Source of the DNA: Clostridia bacterium
GTDB lineage: Bacteria > Bacillota > Clostridia > Oscillospirales > CAG-272
Reading direction: 5' to 3'
Length of the DNA stretch: 37,188 nt
NCBI GenBank assembly: GCA_017629395.1
Contig: JAGBXH010000053.1
Span: 1-37,188, forward strand
Below, piece by piece: positions 1 through 8,932 of this stretch (position 1 is its first letter; each line of letters opens with the position of its first letter). A model generated the notes under the pieces. It was not told the origin of the DNA. It was given only the letters and a program-made list of their open reading frames with translations, and made no database searches. The position numbers were made by a program, and so were the translations under genes.

Positions 1-25
1 ATCAATACATCAAAGGAGGTGCGCT

Positions 26-1093
26 GTGAGAGAATTGACGGTCATGATCAAGCCCGCGTCGGGGCTTTGCCAGATGGCGTGCGAGTACTGCTTTTACCAC
101 GATATTGTGGAACACGGTGCGCCTGCCAATACTTTTATGAGCCATAAAACCGCGCGGCAGTTGATCGCGCGTGTCAAGGAAAGCGGTGCGCAGCGCGTGC
201 ATTTTGCTTTTCAGGGTGGCGAGCCGCTGCTGTGGGGGCAGGAGCATTTTGATGACTTTTTTGAGGACGTCAAGGACGCCGGGCTTGACGCGACCTATGC
301 CGTGCAGACCAACGGGCTTTGCATGGACGAGGTGTATGCGTCGCTGTTTGCCGAGCACGACGTGCTGGTAGGCATTTCACTTGACGGTGACCGCGCCTTG
401 CACGATTACGCACGCAAGACCCCCGACGGCCAGGGCACGCAGGAGCGCGTGATACGCGGCATGGAATTACTCAAAAAGCACGGTGTGCGATACAACGTGC
501 TATCCGTCATCAGCGCAAACACTGCGCGTCACCCCGCGCAGCTGTACCGCTACTATAAAAAACTGGGCGTGTCGCACGTGCAGCTCATCCCCTGCCTGCC
601 GCCCATGGGAGAGGGCGAAAGTTGCCGCTACGCACCCACACCCGAGGCACTCGGGCAATTCCTCGTCGGCTTTTACAGGCTTTGGCGCGAGGATTGGAGG
701 GGCGGCAAACCGCCTTTTATCGTCCGCGAATTTGACCAAGCCTTAGCTACCCTGCAAGGCAGAGCAGGGCATTGCGGTGCACTCGGCTTTTGCACGCCGC
801 AGCTGATCGTGGAGGCCGACGGCTCGACCTATCCCTGCGATTTTTACGTGCTGCCCGACTATTGCACCGGCAACGTGCACACGCATACGATTGCGCAAAC
901 TATCGAGAGTGAGGGCATGCAACGCTTTGCCGCGGAGCATCCCGCAGCACCTGCGATCTGCCGCTCTTGCAGATTTTTACCCGTTTGCGGCGGCGGCTGC
1001 CGACGCATGCGCGACGTGATCTTGTCCCAAAATGAGTGCGCCATGATGCGGCTCTATTCCTATATCATTGAAAAGGAGAGAAAAACACCATGA
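26..1093 (+). CDS. Anaerobic sulfatase-maturating enzyme (radical SAM + SPASM domain)
   Basis: 355-aa ORF. CQMACEYCFY (CxxxCxxC radical-SAM cluster) near the N-terminus. C-terminal Cys clusters incl. CRSCRFLPVCGGGC are typical of SPASM domains. GTG start 6 nt after AAAGGAGG. Its TGA overlaps the next ATG (ATGA, 1090-1093). Confidence 0.85.
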   Translation: MRELTVMIKPASGLCQMACEYCFYHDIVEHGAPANTFMSHKTARQLIARVKESGAQRVHFAFQGGEPLLWGQEHFDDFFEDVKDAGLDATYAVQTNGLCMDEVYASLFAEHDVLVGISLDGDRALHDYARKTPDGQGTQERVIRGMELLKKHGVRYNVLSVISANTARHPAQLYRYYKKLGVSHVQLIPCLPPMGEGESCRYAPTPEALGQFLVGFYRLWREDWRGGKPPFIVREFDQALATLQGRAGHCGALGFCTPQLIVEADGSTYPCDFYVLPDYCTGNVHTHTIAQTIESEGMQRFAAEHPAAPAICRSCRFLPVCGGGCRRMRDVILSQNECAMMRLYSYIIEKERKTP

Positions 1094-2472
1094 GTCAAAA
1101 CCCCAATATTCTTTGGATCTGCGTGGATCAGCAGAGATGGGATTGCCTTGGATATGCTGAAAAATACCCCGTCAAGACCCCCAATATCGACCGTCTTGCG
1201 GCGGGCGGTGTCAATCTTGCGAATAGTTATTGCCCCATTCCCGTGTGCTGCCCCTCGCGTCAGAGTATGCTGACGGGCAAGAGAGCCGAGCAGATCGGTG
1301 CACTTTGGAATTATAATCAAAAGATCTATACCGGCATGCTGCCTGCGGACAGCCAGTCCTGGGCAAGAGAGCTGCGCGATCGCCTTGGCTATCACACAGG
1401 CTGGGTTGGACCCTGGGAGGGCGGCTACAACGCAACGCCCGCATCCATGGGCTACGACGTCTACGTGCCGCGCGCGGAGCTTGTGCGTCCCATGGCAGAA
1501 AAATATCCGCATTGCGTGCCCACCAACGGCTTTTGGGGACAGGTGTATGACATGGACAAGGAGTACGCGCCCACGCATCAGCTTGCAGGGCAGGTTGTTT
1601 CCTTGATGGAGGGCTGGCAGGACGAGCATCCGTGGCTTGTGCAGATGGAATTTTCCGAGCCGCACCTGCCTTGCACGCCGGTCAAGGAGTTTGCCGACAT
1701 GTACGATCCTGCCGGGATCCCCGTGTGGGGCGGCTTTGAGGATGCGTACGAAAACAAGCCCTATATCCAGCGTCAGCAGCGCATCAACTGGAATACCGAG
1801 GATAAGGATTGGGCGTTCTTTGCGCCCATTGTGGCAAGATATTACGCCTGGATCTCGCAGATCGACGATGCCATCGGTAGAGTGCTGGATTGGCTGGAAG
1901 CACACGGCAAGCTGCAGGATACCGTCATTATCTACACCTCGGATCACGGCGACTATTGCGGTGACCGCAGACAGATGGATAAGCACTACGCCATGTACGA
2001 GGAGATCACGCACATTCCGCATCTGTGGCATTGCCCCGCAAGATTTGCACAGGGGCTCAAGAGCTGTGCGCTCAATACAAACGCGCTGGATATCCCCGTG
2101 ACCATTATGGATATGCTGGGGCTGCCGACCGACGGCATGGTGGGCAAGAGCCTTTTGCCCGTGCTGACAGGACAGAGCGATACGCATCGCGACGCGGTCA
2201 TGGTGACCTATAACGGTCAGCAATTCGGTCTTTTCTCGCAGAGAATGCTGCGCATGGGAGATATCAAGTACACGTGGAATCTGACCGATACCGACGAGCT
2301 GTACGACCTTGCAAGCGATCCTTACGAGCTGCATAATCTGATAGACGACTCTGCATATGCCGAAACCCTGCAAAGCATGCGCCACAGATTGCTTGCCGAG
2401 CTGCAGGCAGAGAACGATTGCATGCTCAACTCCTGGACCGAGCAGCAGCTGCGACTTGGCAGAAAGCTTTGA
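1090..2472 (+). CDS. Cys-type sulfatase (formylglycine-dependent)
   Basis: 460-aa ORF. LWICVDQQR N-terminus, CCPSRQSMLTGK (C-x-P-S-R formylglycine motif), YTSDHGD motif. Translationally coupled to the maturase. Confidence 0.9.
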   Translation: MSQNPNILWICVDQQRWDCLGYAEKYPVKTPNIDRLAAGGVNLANSYCPIPVCCPSRQSMLTGKRAEQIGALWNYNQKIYTGMLPADSQSWARELRDRLGYHTGWVGPWEGGYNATPASMGYDVYVPRAELVRPMAEKYPHCVPTNGFWGQVYDMDKEYAPTHQLAGQVVSLMEGWQDEHPWLVQMEFSEPHLPCTPVKEFADMYDPAGIPVWGGFEDAYENKPYIQRQQRINWNTEDKDWAFFAPIVARYYAWISQIDDAIGRVLDWLEAHGKLQDTVIIYTSDHGDYCGDRRQMDKHYAMYEEITHIPHLWHCPARFAQGLKSCALNTNALDIPVTIMDMLGLPTDGMVGKSLLPVLTGQSDTHRDAVMVTYNGQQFGLFSQRMLRMGDIKYTWNLTDTDELYDLASDPYELHNLIDDSAYAETLQSMRHRLLAELQAENDCMLNSWTEQQLRLGRKL

Positions 2473-2474
2473 TT

Positions 2475-3473
2475 ATGGATGAGCAGGAACAAAAAGTCAC
2501 GCCCTTTTTGGTGGACGTGTACTTGTATGATCTGAACAGACCCGAAATGCCGCCCTTGGCATACCGCAGCGCACGCGGCGGGGAGGAGCAGCCCGATCTG
2601 CTCTCGTTGATCCCGCTGTCGGCGTGTGCGTGGCAGGAGGTTGCAGAGCACTTGTATGGCGGTGCGGTGTATCTTTCGCAAGACGGCGGCGCGATTTTAC
2701 TTCCTGTTTTCGGCAGCCTTGGGAGGCTTGCCTTGGTGGTCAAGACCAACCTTCCTCTGTCTGCGCTGGCGTACGTGTATCAATGCGCGGGTCAGGGGGC
2801 GGTGTATGCCGATCAGGCACTTCGGGAGTGCGTGCCCAAGCTCAGCGCGAAGACAAAGCCCATAGCCGAGGATGCGGTGCACACAGTAGCGCAGCTGCGC
2901 AGGCTGACTAAGGCTTGTGAGTCTGTCCTTGGTGCGTATGATGCAATGGAGTGCATTGATATGGCCCAGAGGCTGATGGGCGTTTCGTGTATGTCTGACC
3001 AAAGAGTGGAGACCGCTCCGCTGCAGGGACAAGAAGTCTTACCCTTGATGCAGCATGCAGGGCAGGTGCTGCTTGCTTGTGTGCTGACGCTTTTGTCGGT
3101 TATGCGAAACGGTGCTCACGCACGCAGCGGCTGGCTGTACGCGCTGCCATGCGGTCAGGGATATACGCTGCAGGTGTTTTTGCGCCTTGTGCAGCAGGAA
3201 ACCCCTGAGGCGCTTGTACGCTTGCGGACGATGCTGGAGATGTGTGACGTTGCATTTTGCGCGCGTGTTGGCGAAGTACCCGTTATACCTCCTAAGCAGT
3301 ATTCCTACATGAGCCGCAAGATCACCGATCCGCATAAGCCCTTGTGTGCACGCTGCGGACGCCTGGATGCGCGTTGCGCGCATTGCACGGCGGTGCAATG
3401 GTCGGTGTTGCCTTACGTATGTGATACTGCGTTGCTTGGCATCAAAACGCTGCCGCATTTTGAATTTGAATAA
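2475..3473 (+). CDS. Hypothetical Cys-rich protein, third gene of the sulfatase operon
   Basis: 332 aa if started at the ATG 2 nt after the sulfatase stop; the track start at 2418 would overlap the sulfatase. No motif I recognise. C-terminus CARCGRLDARCAHC (CxxC-x6-CxxC). Followed directly by a terminator. Confidence 0.55.
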   Translation: MDEQEQKVTPFLVDVYLYDLNRPEMPPLAYRSARGGEEQPDLLSLIPLSACAWQEVAEHLYGGAVYLSQDGGAILLPVFGSLGRLALVVKTNLPLSALAYVYQCAGQGAVYADQALRECVPKLSAKTKPIAEDAVHTVAQLRRLTKACESVLGAYDAMECIDMAQRLMGVSCMSDQRVETAPLQGQEVLPLMQHAGQVLLACVLTLLSVMRNGAHARSGWLYALPCGQGYTLQVFLRLVQQETPEALVRLRTMLEMCDVAFCARVGEVPVIPPKQYSYMSRKITDPHKPLCARCGRLDARCAHCTAVQWSVLPYVCDTALLGIKTLPHFEFE

Positions 3474-3478
3474 AAAAA

Positions 3479-3507
3479 CGAGGCTGTTTTTTTGTAAAAC
3501 AGCCTCG
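3479..3507. terminator. Bidirectional intrinsic terminator between convergent genes
   Basis: Perfect 12-bp stem CGAGGCTGTTTT/AAAACAGCCTCG with 5-nt loop. A-run upstream (3472-3478) and T-rich tract downstream. Confidence 0.8.
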
Positions 3508-3523
3508 AAATATTTTGTTTTGA

Positions 3524-4399
3524 TTACTCTGCAGCCTCGGTCTCGGGAGCAGTAGTTTCCTCACCCTTGGTGGTGATCTCTTCGCCTACACCGGAGAGCA
3601 CGATCTTTTCAACGTACTCAGCAGCCTTGGAGCCCTCGGGAGCGGTGATCACGCTCTTGAGCTCGGACCAGAAAATGTAGTTACCAAACTCAATGTTCTC
3701 GGAGGTGGTATTGATCTTGATCGCGGTCAGGTGGTTGCACTGGTAGAATGCCTGCGTGCCGATGATAGTGGTAGCAGCGGGAATATCCAGCGTGGTCAGA
3801 CCCTGGCAGCCGAAGAATGCAGCCTCGCCGATCTCAACCAGAGTAGCGGGGAAGTTGATTGCGGTCAAGCCCTTGCAGCCGTAGAATGCGTAGCTGTCGA
3901 TCTTGGTCAGCTTTGCGGAAAGCGTAATGCTTGTCAGCTTATCACAGCCGTGGAAAGCACCCTCACCGATGGAGAGCACGGAGTCGGGCAGAACGATCTC
4001 GGAAAGACCCGTGCAGCCTGCGAACGCCCACTTGCCAATGGTCTGGATGGTGTTCGGAACGGTTACGGAGGTCATTGCGGTGCAGTAGTAGAATGCGTTG
4101 TCCGCGATGCCGACGATCTCTCTGACGTTATCGTCATTCTTGGCGTTTTCTTCCAGCGAAGCAACGGTAACCTCTGCGGGAATGACAACTGCGTGAGGCT
4201 CAGCCTTACCGACGTAGCCGGTGATGACAGCGGTATTACCGCCTGCCTCTGCAAAAGTAAACGTACCGGTTTCGGTAACGTAGGTGTAGTTGGGAGCAAC
4301 GTAATCGTTAATAGAAGTCAGGTCACCCTTGGAGGCTTCGCACGCAACCATAGCGACGAGCATAACAAGGACAATTGCCACGGCAAGAATCTTTTTCAT
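3524..4399 (-). CDS. Surface lipoprotein with BspA-type leucine-rich repeats
   Basis: 291 aa. MKKILAVAIVLVMLVAMVAC signal peptide with lipobox-like Cys. Repeated ~23-aa units of the form hxIPxSVxxIGxxAFxGCxxLxxI. Acidic/Thr-rich tail. Confidence 0.8.
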   Translation of the reverse strand: MKKILAVAIVLVMLVAMVACEASKGDLTSINDYVAPNYTYVTETGTFTFAEAGGNTAVITGYVGKAEPHAVVIPAEVTVASLEENAKNDDNVREIVGIADNAFYYCTAMTSVTVPNTIQTIGKWAFAGCTGLSEIVLPDSVLSIGEGAFHGCDKLTSITLSAKLTKIDSYAFYGCKGLTAINFPATLVEIGEAAFFGCQGLTTLDIPAATTIIGTQAFYQCNHLTAIKINTTSENIEFGNYIFWSELKSVITAPEGSKAAEYVEKIVLSGVGEEITTKGEETTAPETEAAE

Positions 4400-4444
4400 A
4401 TCATACTCCTTTGGATTTGAATATAATTATTCATGATTAAATAA

Positions 4445-4473
4445 ATTATACAATACTTTACCCGAATTGTCAA
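4445..4473 (-). promoter_or_regulatory. Sigma-A promoter of the LRR lipoprotein gene (perfect consensus)
   Basis: Minus strand reads TTGACA-17 nt-TATAAT (TGTCAA 4468-4473, ATTATA 4445-4450), about 45 nt upstream of the AAAGGAG RBS/ATG at 4399. Confidence 0.7.
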
Positions 4474-4511
4474 GAGATTTGTTAGGGGAGATTGTAAATA
4501 ATTTGCGTATT

Positions 4512-5255
4512 TTACCGCCCGACGTAGGCAAGCAGCATATCGATGCCGTAAAGCAGCACCAAATGTGCGGGGTAGAAAATGTAGAAAAAGTATTTGAGCT
4601 TGTGTTTTCCGGGCTCACCGTTATAAAGCGCAAGAGGGGCAAGCGCAAGAAGCGACCAGATACGCGGTGTCATCGAGCCCTCCAGATTGCAGGCAAGCAT
4701 GGCAGTTCCCGCTGCCGCACCACCGAATCTGCCCCAGCGGCTGCTGCCGCCCAGATAGATCAGCACGGGGAGCAGAATGCCCGTCAGTCCGTAATCCACG
4801 ATCACGTAGTGGTTGAGCACAAGGATGCCGCCGGCAGCAAGGGAAAGCAGGACGGCACAGACCGTAATGCAAGCGGGACGCGGCAAGGTGCGCTTGCGCA
4901 CTTTTTCAAGCAGAGCGGTCACCGGATTTTTTTGCCCCTTGCAGGCGCAGATCAGTGCGTCGATCAGCGTCAGCAGCACAAGGGAGAGGGAAAAGGTGAT
5001 CAGAATGCCGAGATAGGTTTCCTTTGAAACAAAATCATAAACGATCTGGCAAAGCACGCCGAGAATAAAGATGCGCAAAAAATATTTTCCGCGGCTGCGC
5101 GTGTGACGAAAGCCCTCCGCAATGCAGAGCGCGTAAAGCGGCAGCCCGATCCTGCCCAGTATGCGCAGCCAAAGCTCGTCGGGAAACAGGATCATGCCCG
5201 TGTGATCCAGCAGCATGGAGATCGAGGCGATGATTTTAATCCAAAAAATCGACAT
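4512..5255 (-). CDS. TraX family membrane protein
   Basis: 247 aa, polytopic. N-terminus IKIIASISMLLDHTGMILFP matches the TraX-family LKxIAxxxMxxDHxG signature as I remember it. Confidence 0.75.
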   Translation of the reverse strand: MSIFWIKIIASISMLLDHTGMILFPDELWLRILGRIGLPLYALCIAEGFRHTRSRGKYFLRIFILGVLCQIVYDFVSKETYLGILITFSLSLVLLTLIDALICACKGQKNPVTALLEKVRKRTLPRPACITVCAVLLSLAAGGILVLNHYVIVDYGLTGILLPVLIYLGGSSRWGRFGGAAAGTAMLACNLEGSMTPRIWSLLALAPLALYNGEPGKHKLKYFFYIFYPAHLVLLYGIDMLLAYVGR

Positions 5256-5284
5256 GGAGATATCCTTCCTCTCGCGTTTTTCTC

Positions 5285-5313
5285 ATTATATCACAAAACT
5301 CGAATTTTGGCAA
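5285..5313 (-). promoter_or_regulatory. Sigma-A promoter of the TraX gene
   Basis: Minus strand TTGCCA-17 nt-TGaTATAAT (extended -10), in the divergent intergenic region. Confidence 0.6.
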
Positions 5314-5323
5314 GTATATCTGC

Positions 5324-5353
5324 TTGACAAACCTGTCCGTTTTATGGTAAAAT
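5324..5353 (+). promoter_or_regulatory. Sigma-A promoter of the SGNH hydrolase gene
   Basis: TTGACA (5324-5329)-18 nt-TAAAAT (5348-5353), 30 nt upstream of the ATG at 5385. Confidence 0.55.
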
Positions 5354-5384
5354 CAAGCCATGAATTTACAGGAGATGATCATAG

Positions 5385-6182
5385 ATGAACTTTAAGCAGC
5401 TTTTAGACAGTAAGGAATATCCTTTTTCGGGCGCACCCGTCATCGCGTTTCTCGGTGACAGCGTTACGCACGGTGCATTTGAGTGCGTGGACGGCGGCTG
5501 CGGCTGCGCCTTCGACTTTGCGGCGGTGTACCACAATCGCCTTCGGTTGATCATCTCGCAAAAATACGAATGGGTACCGGTCAGCGTTATCAATGCGGGC
5601 GTAGCGGGCGATACGGCTGCGGGAGGGCTTGAGAGATTGGAGCGAGACGTGATTGCGCGCCGCCCCGATCTTTGCGTGGTTTGCTACGGACTCAACGATG
5701 TAAACGGTGAGATCGAAGCGTACACGAGTGCTTTGCGCGGCATTTTTACAAGATTGCGCGAGGCGGGGATCGAGACGCTGTTTATGACCCCCAATATGCT
5801 CAATACGCGCGTGGACGAGAGCGTGCTGCCCGAGCTGACCGTGTATGCCGAGGTGACTGCGGGCATGCAGAACGGCGGCAAAATGGATGCATTTATGGAA
5901 GCGGCAAAGGGCGTGGCATTTGAGTGCGGTGTGGCTGTGGCGGATGCATACGCCTTATGGAAGCAGATGGCGCAGAGCGGTATGGATACCACGGCGCTGC
6001 TTGCCAACGGCATCAATCACCCTTGCCGCGAGATGCACGGCATGTTTGCCGAGCTTTTGTACGAAACCATTTTCGGGGCTATGTCCACCATGCCCGAGCC
6101 CGAGGCAGTGCCCGAGGAGATCCCCGAGGTGGGCGAGGAGATCACACCTTTGGAGTTTGAAGCGCAAGAGCAAGAGGGGTAA
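5385..6182 (+). CDS. SGNH/GDSL-family hydrolase
   Basis: 265 aa. FLGDSVTHG (block I GDS), CYGLNDV (block III), later D..H region. Acidic Pro/Glu-rich C-terminal tail. Confidence 0.8.
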   Translation: MNFKQLLDSKEYPFSGAPVIAFLGDSVTHGAFECVDGGCGCAFDFAAVYHNRLRLIISQKYEWVPVSVINAGVAGDTAAGGLERLERDVIARRPDLCVVCYGLNDVNGEIEAYTSALRGIFTRLREAGIETLFMTPNMLNTRVDESVLPELTVYAEVTAGMQNGGKMDAFMEAAKGVAFECGVAVADAYALWKQMAQSGMDTTALLANGINHPCREMHGMFAELLYETIFGAMSTMPEPEAVPEEIPEVGEEITPLEFEAQEQEG

Positions 6183-6206
6183 CTCCACCACACTGACACC
6201 CACTCA

Positions 6207-6360
6207 TGAAAAGTTTTGATCAAACTTTTTCAAAAGTTTGCGGGGTCTTGGGGCAGAGCCCCGAGTCGCGCCCGCAGGCGCGAAATATTCTTAACGGCAT
6301 TTCTATTCGCGAAGCGAATTACTGGTTCATTTTCTTTGTGCCAGCGGTATCAAAGAAAAG
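6207..6360 (+). repeat. Multi-hairpin intergenic element, copy A
   Basis: Hairpins at 6221-6240 (loop TTTTCAAA), 6247-6265, 6266-6283 (loop CGCA), 6305-6319 and 6332-6357. Alignable with 9067-9225 and, inverted, 9296-9412, with compensatory stem changes. Confidence 0.75.
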
Positions 6361-6398
6361 AACGTAGAGAACTTCCTCACATAACATCCCAACAAAAC

Positions 6399-6426
6399 AA
6401 GCGACCTTGGAAACCCAAGGTCGCTT
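6399..6426. terminator. Bidirectional intrinsic terminator (SGNH hydrolase / beta-propeller genes)
   Basis: Perfect 12-bp stem AAGCGACCTTGG/CCAAGGTCGCTT, loop AAAC, T-rich tracts on both strands. Confidence 0.8.
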
Positions 6427-6440
6427 ATCTTTTGCTTTGC

Positions 6441-8384
6441 TTATTCTGTTGCAAGCTCCAGCTTTTCCACGTCTAAGCGATCACCGTTGAGCACGTAGTA
6501 GTATCCGTCGATATACACGCCGCGCATCTCGCGCATGTCGCCGCCCTGACCGTACTCAATACGCAGCACCTCGGAAATGCTTTCGCCGTCAAAGCGGAAA
6601 ACCACGTAGCCGTAGCGGTAGTTTTCGTACTTGTACGCGTGGTATTCGTCCAGCGAGATCTTATCCCAGGTGTGAATACCCATGCCGATCAAGCCGTTCT
6701 CGCGGTCGATATAATAGCACTTGTAATCGGGGTAGTAATTGGTGTAGGGCATTTCCAGCTTGGTAAAGCTCTCCACACCGCTCTCACCTTCGACGTAGAC
6801 CTCAAGCTTGAGTGTGTCGGAGCGCTCCCCCTGACCGATGCCCAAGAGGAATCCGTCGCCAAAGTTGACAAGGCTGGTGGAGAATCCTGCAATCGTACCG
6901 GTTTCCTTGACCGTGATGCCCGAAAGGTCGGAGAGATCAAAGAAGAATACGGGGTCGGTCTGCTGGATTGCGGTGCAGGCGTAAGCGGTATTACCCTCGA
7001 AGCGTGCGGATTTTACGACCTCGCCTACGGGCGCGAATTTTTCAACCGAGGCAGCGATCTGCATGGTGGCAAGATCAATGACGAACAGGCTTGCGCTGGT
7101 GTTGCCGCCACGCGCGGGCATGAGTGCTATTTCATGATTTCCGTAGTAGGATCTTACCCGTTTGGTGTTTTGCTGCGTGGTAGTGAACACGCGCAGCATG
7201 CCCTCGTACTCGTCCATGCTGTACTGGTCAAGCACGTAGCCGTCCACGATCACAGATCCGCGCTTGTCAAAACCGTCCGCGCTATAGCCGATGCAGGAGA
7301 TCTCGCTGACCGTGGTGTAGGACTGTCTGCCGTCCTTGATCGCACCGTATTCATAGTAGCTTCTGGTGGCATAGATCGCGTCCTTGGATACGTACGCGTC
7401 CTCTGCGTAGGAAAGGCAAGCGACAGCGTCCTTGACCGTCGTGCCGGCGTCGTCCATGAGCAGCATGACGGTGTAGCTCGCTTGGCTGAGCGTCTCGGGA
7501 GCGATGATATCATCGGGGGCAAGACTGTACGATTTATCCGTAGTTGCAATTTCCGGGATGAAGGTGCGCGTGTCGCCAAAATCAACCGAGCGGCAGTTCA
7601 TGGTAGTCATGAGCAAAAGCCCGTGCTCGGTCAGACGGGAGGAGAGGTACTGCCCCGAAACGTCCACGTGGGAGATCTCCTTGACCAGCTTGGGATCGCT
7701 GACGTCCAGCGTGACGATCCTGGTCATATTCACGTAATATCGGTCTGCCTTTTCCATATACTGACATATGACGGTCAGCGTGCGGCAATCGGACGAGAGG
7801 AAAAATTCCTTTGCAAAAAAAGCGTCTTTGCCGTACTGTGCTAAGTGATACGTGCCCAACAGTCGGCTGTCCTCGCCCTCGATGCTAAAGATACGCAGCG
7901 TGCTGGAAGAAAGGTAATAAATGTGCGTATCGCTGCGCTTGATCAGGTCGGCTTCGATGACGCCGGAAACCTGATTGTCGGTTACCTCTTGATAGTTGCC
8001 CATACCGGTCATGTTCTCGGCTTCACCGGGAGCCATGGGAGCCATACCATCCGCCTTGGCAAACAGATTGGAGGGCAGGTCAAGCAGCAGCTCGAAGGTG
8101 TTCTTGTATTCGGGGGGATCGTAGTTATATTCGTTGAGCTTTTCAATAATGCCGTAATATTCGCTGCCTGCGTATTTTCTCACGCTGGGCGGCGTGGATT
8201 TATAGGGGATAAAGAGTGCAAACGTGCCTGCGAGCAGTACAAAACACATGCAGGCGGCGATGATGCTCAGCATGCGCACGGTTTTGCCGCTGCGCGCCTT
8301 GCGGTGTGCACCCGTGGGGGCTGCTTGGGTGACGAATTTGTCGTCCACACCGTCCAAGGACTTGAGCCATTCTTTCTTTTTCAT
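6441..8384 (-). CDS. Membrane-anchored anti-sigma-like protein with extracytoplasmic beta-propeller domain
   Basis: 647 aa. Short cytoplasmic N-terminus (LDGVDDKFVTQAAP), one TM helix (MLSIIAACMCFVLLAGTFALFI), then a long beta-rich ectodomain resembling the COG4880/Beta_propel family. Its ATG overlaps the sigma gene stop (ATGA at 8381-8384). Confidence 0.65.
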   Translation of the reverse strand: MKKKEWLKSLDGVDDKFVTQAAPTGAHRKARSGKTVRMLSIIAACMCFVLLAGTFALFIPYKSTPPSVRKYAGSEYYGIIEKLNEYNYDPPEYKNTFELLLDLPSNLFAKADGMAPMAPGEAENMTGMGNYQEVTDNQVSGVIEADLIKRSDTHIYYLSSSTLRIFSIEGEDSRLLGTYHLAQYGKDAFFAKEFFLSSDCRTLTVICQYMEKADRYYVNMTRIVTLDVSDPKLVKEISHVDVSGQYLSSRLTEHGLLLMTTMNCRSVDFGDTRTFIPEIATTDKSYSLAPDDIIAPETLSQASYTVMLLMDDAGTTVKDAVACLSYAEDAYVSKDAIYATRSYYEYGAIKDGRQSYTTVSEISCIGYSADGFDKRGSVIVDGYVLDQYSMDEYEGMLRVFTTTQQNTKRVRSYYGNHEIALMPARGGNTSASLFVIDLATMQIAASVEKFAPVGEVVKSARFEGNTAYACTAIQQTDPVFFFDLSDLSGITVKETGTIAGFSTSLVNFGDGFLLGIGQGERSDTLKLEVYVEGESGVESFTKLEMPYTNYYPDYKCYYIDRENGLIGMGIHTWDKISLDEYHAYKYENYRYGYVVFRFDGESISEVLRIEYGQGGDMREMRGVYIDGYYYVLNGDRLDVEKLELATE

Positions 8385-8932
8385 ATATCGATACCTTCTT
8401 TCTCCAGATACTCTTTGAAGGACCTGCGCGTGCGGTGCAGCATGACCTTGACGTTGGCAGGGGACAGCCCCGTTTCACCGGCGATCTGCTCAACGGTGCA
8501 CATGTACCAATAGCGCTGCAGAAATACGATGCGCGTGCGATCGGGCAGCGTGGCAAGAAAGCCGTTGATGGCTGCGTGCAGGGCAGTCTGATCGGCAAGC
8601 GAGGGGGAGTCGTCGGGAATGCATTGCCAGTATTCATCCGCAATCTGCTGCGTTTCGGAGCCGCGCTTGTTCGCGTGGTCAAAGCCGTAGCGGTCGAGTG
8701 CTAAATTGCGGGTGATCTTGCCAAGAAATGCCTGCAGGACTGTCGGACGCTCCGGGGGCATGGCGTTCCATGCGCGCACCCAGGTGTCGTTGACGCATTC
8801 CTCGTCATCCTCGTGGTTGTGCAGGATGTTGTCGGCAATGCGGTAGCAGTATTTGCCGTATTTTTGTGCTGACTGTTCAATCGCTGCTTCAGAGCGCTCC
8901 CAGTACAGGGCAACGATTGTTTTGTCGTCCAC
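8381..8932 (-). CDS. ECF-like sigma-70 family RNA polymerase sigma factor
   Basis: Region 2 (DTWVRAW) and region 4 (LPDRTRIVFLQRYW...GLSPANVKVMLHRTR). I prefer the GTG at 8932, 8 nt after GGAGG, giving VDDKTIVALYWERSE (183 aa). The track ORF start at 8971 lacks an RBS. Confidence 0.8.
   Translation of the reverse strand: MDDKTIVALYWERSEAAIEQSAQKYGKYCYRIADNILHNHEDDEECVNDTWVRAWNAMPPERPTVLQAFLGKITRNLALDRYGFDHANKRGSETQQIADEYWQCIPDDSPSLADQTALHAAINGFLATLPDRTRIVFLQRYWYMCTVEQIAGETGLSPANVKVMLHRTRRSFKEYLEKEGIDI

Noticed and set aside
6216-6476. ORFs translated across the structured repeat copies (6216-6476, 8853-9290, 9076-9282, 9090-9410).
   Set aside because: The peptide similarity between copies (e.g. 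...EI.LTAFLF...) breaks wherever the copies differ by indels that are not multiples of three. Conservation follows base pairing, not a reading frame. There is no RBS.
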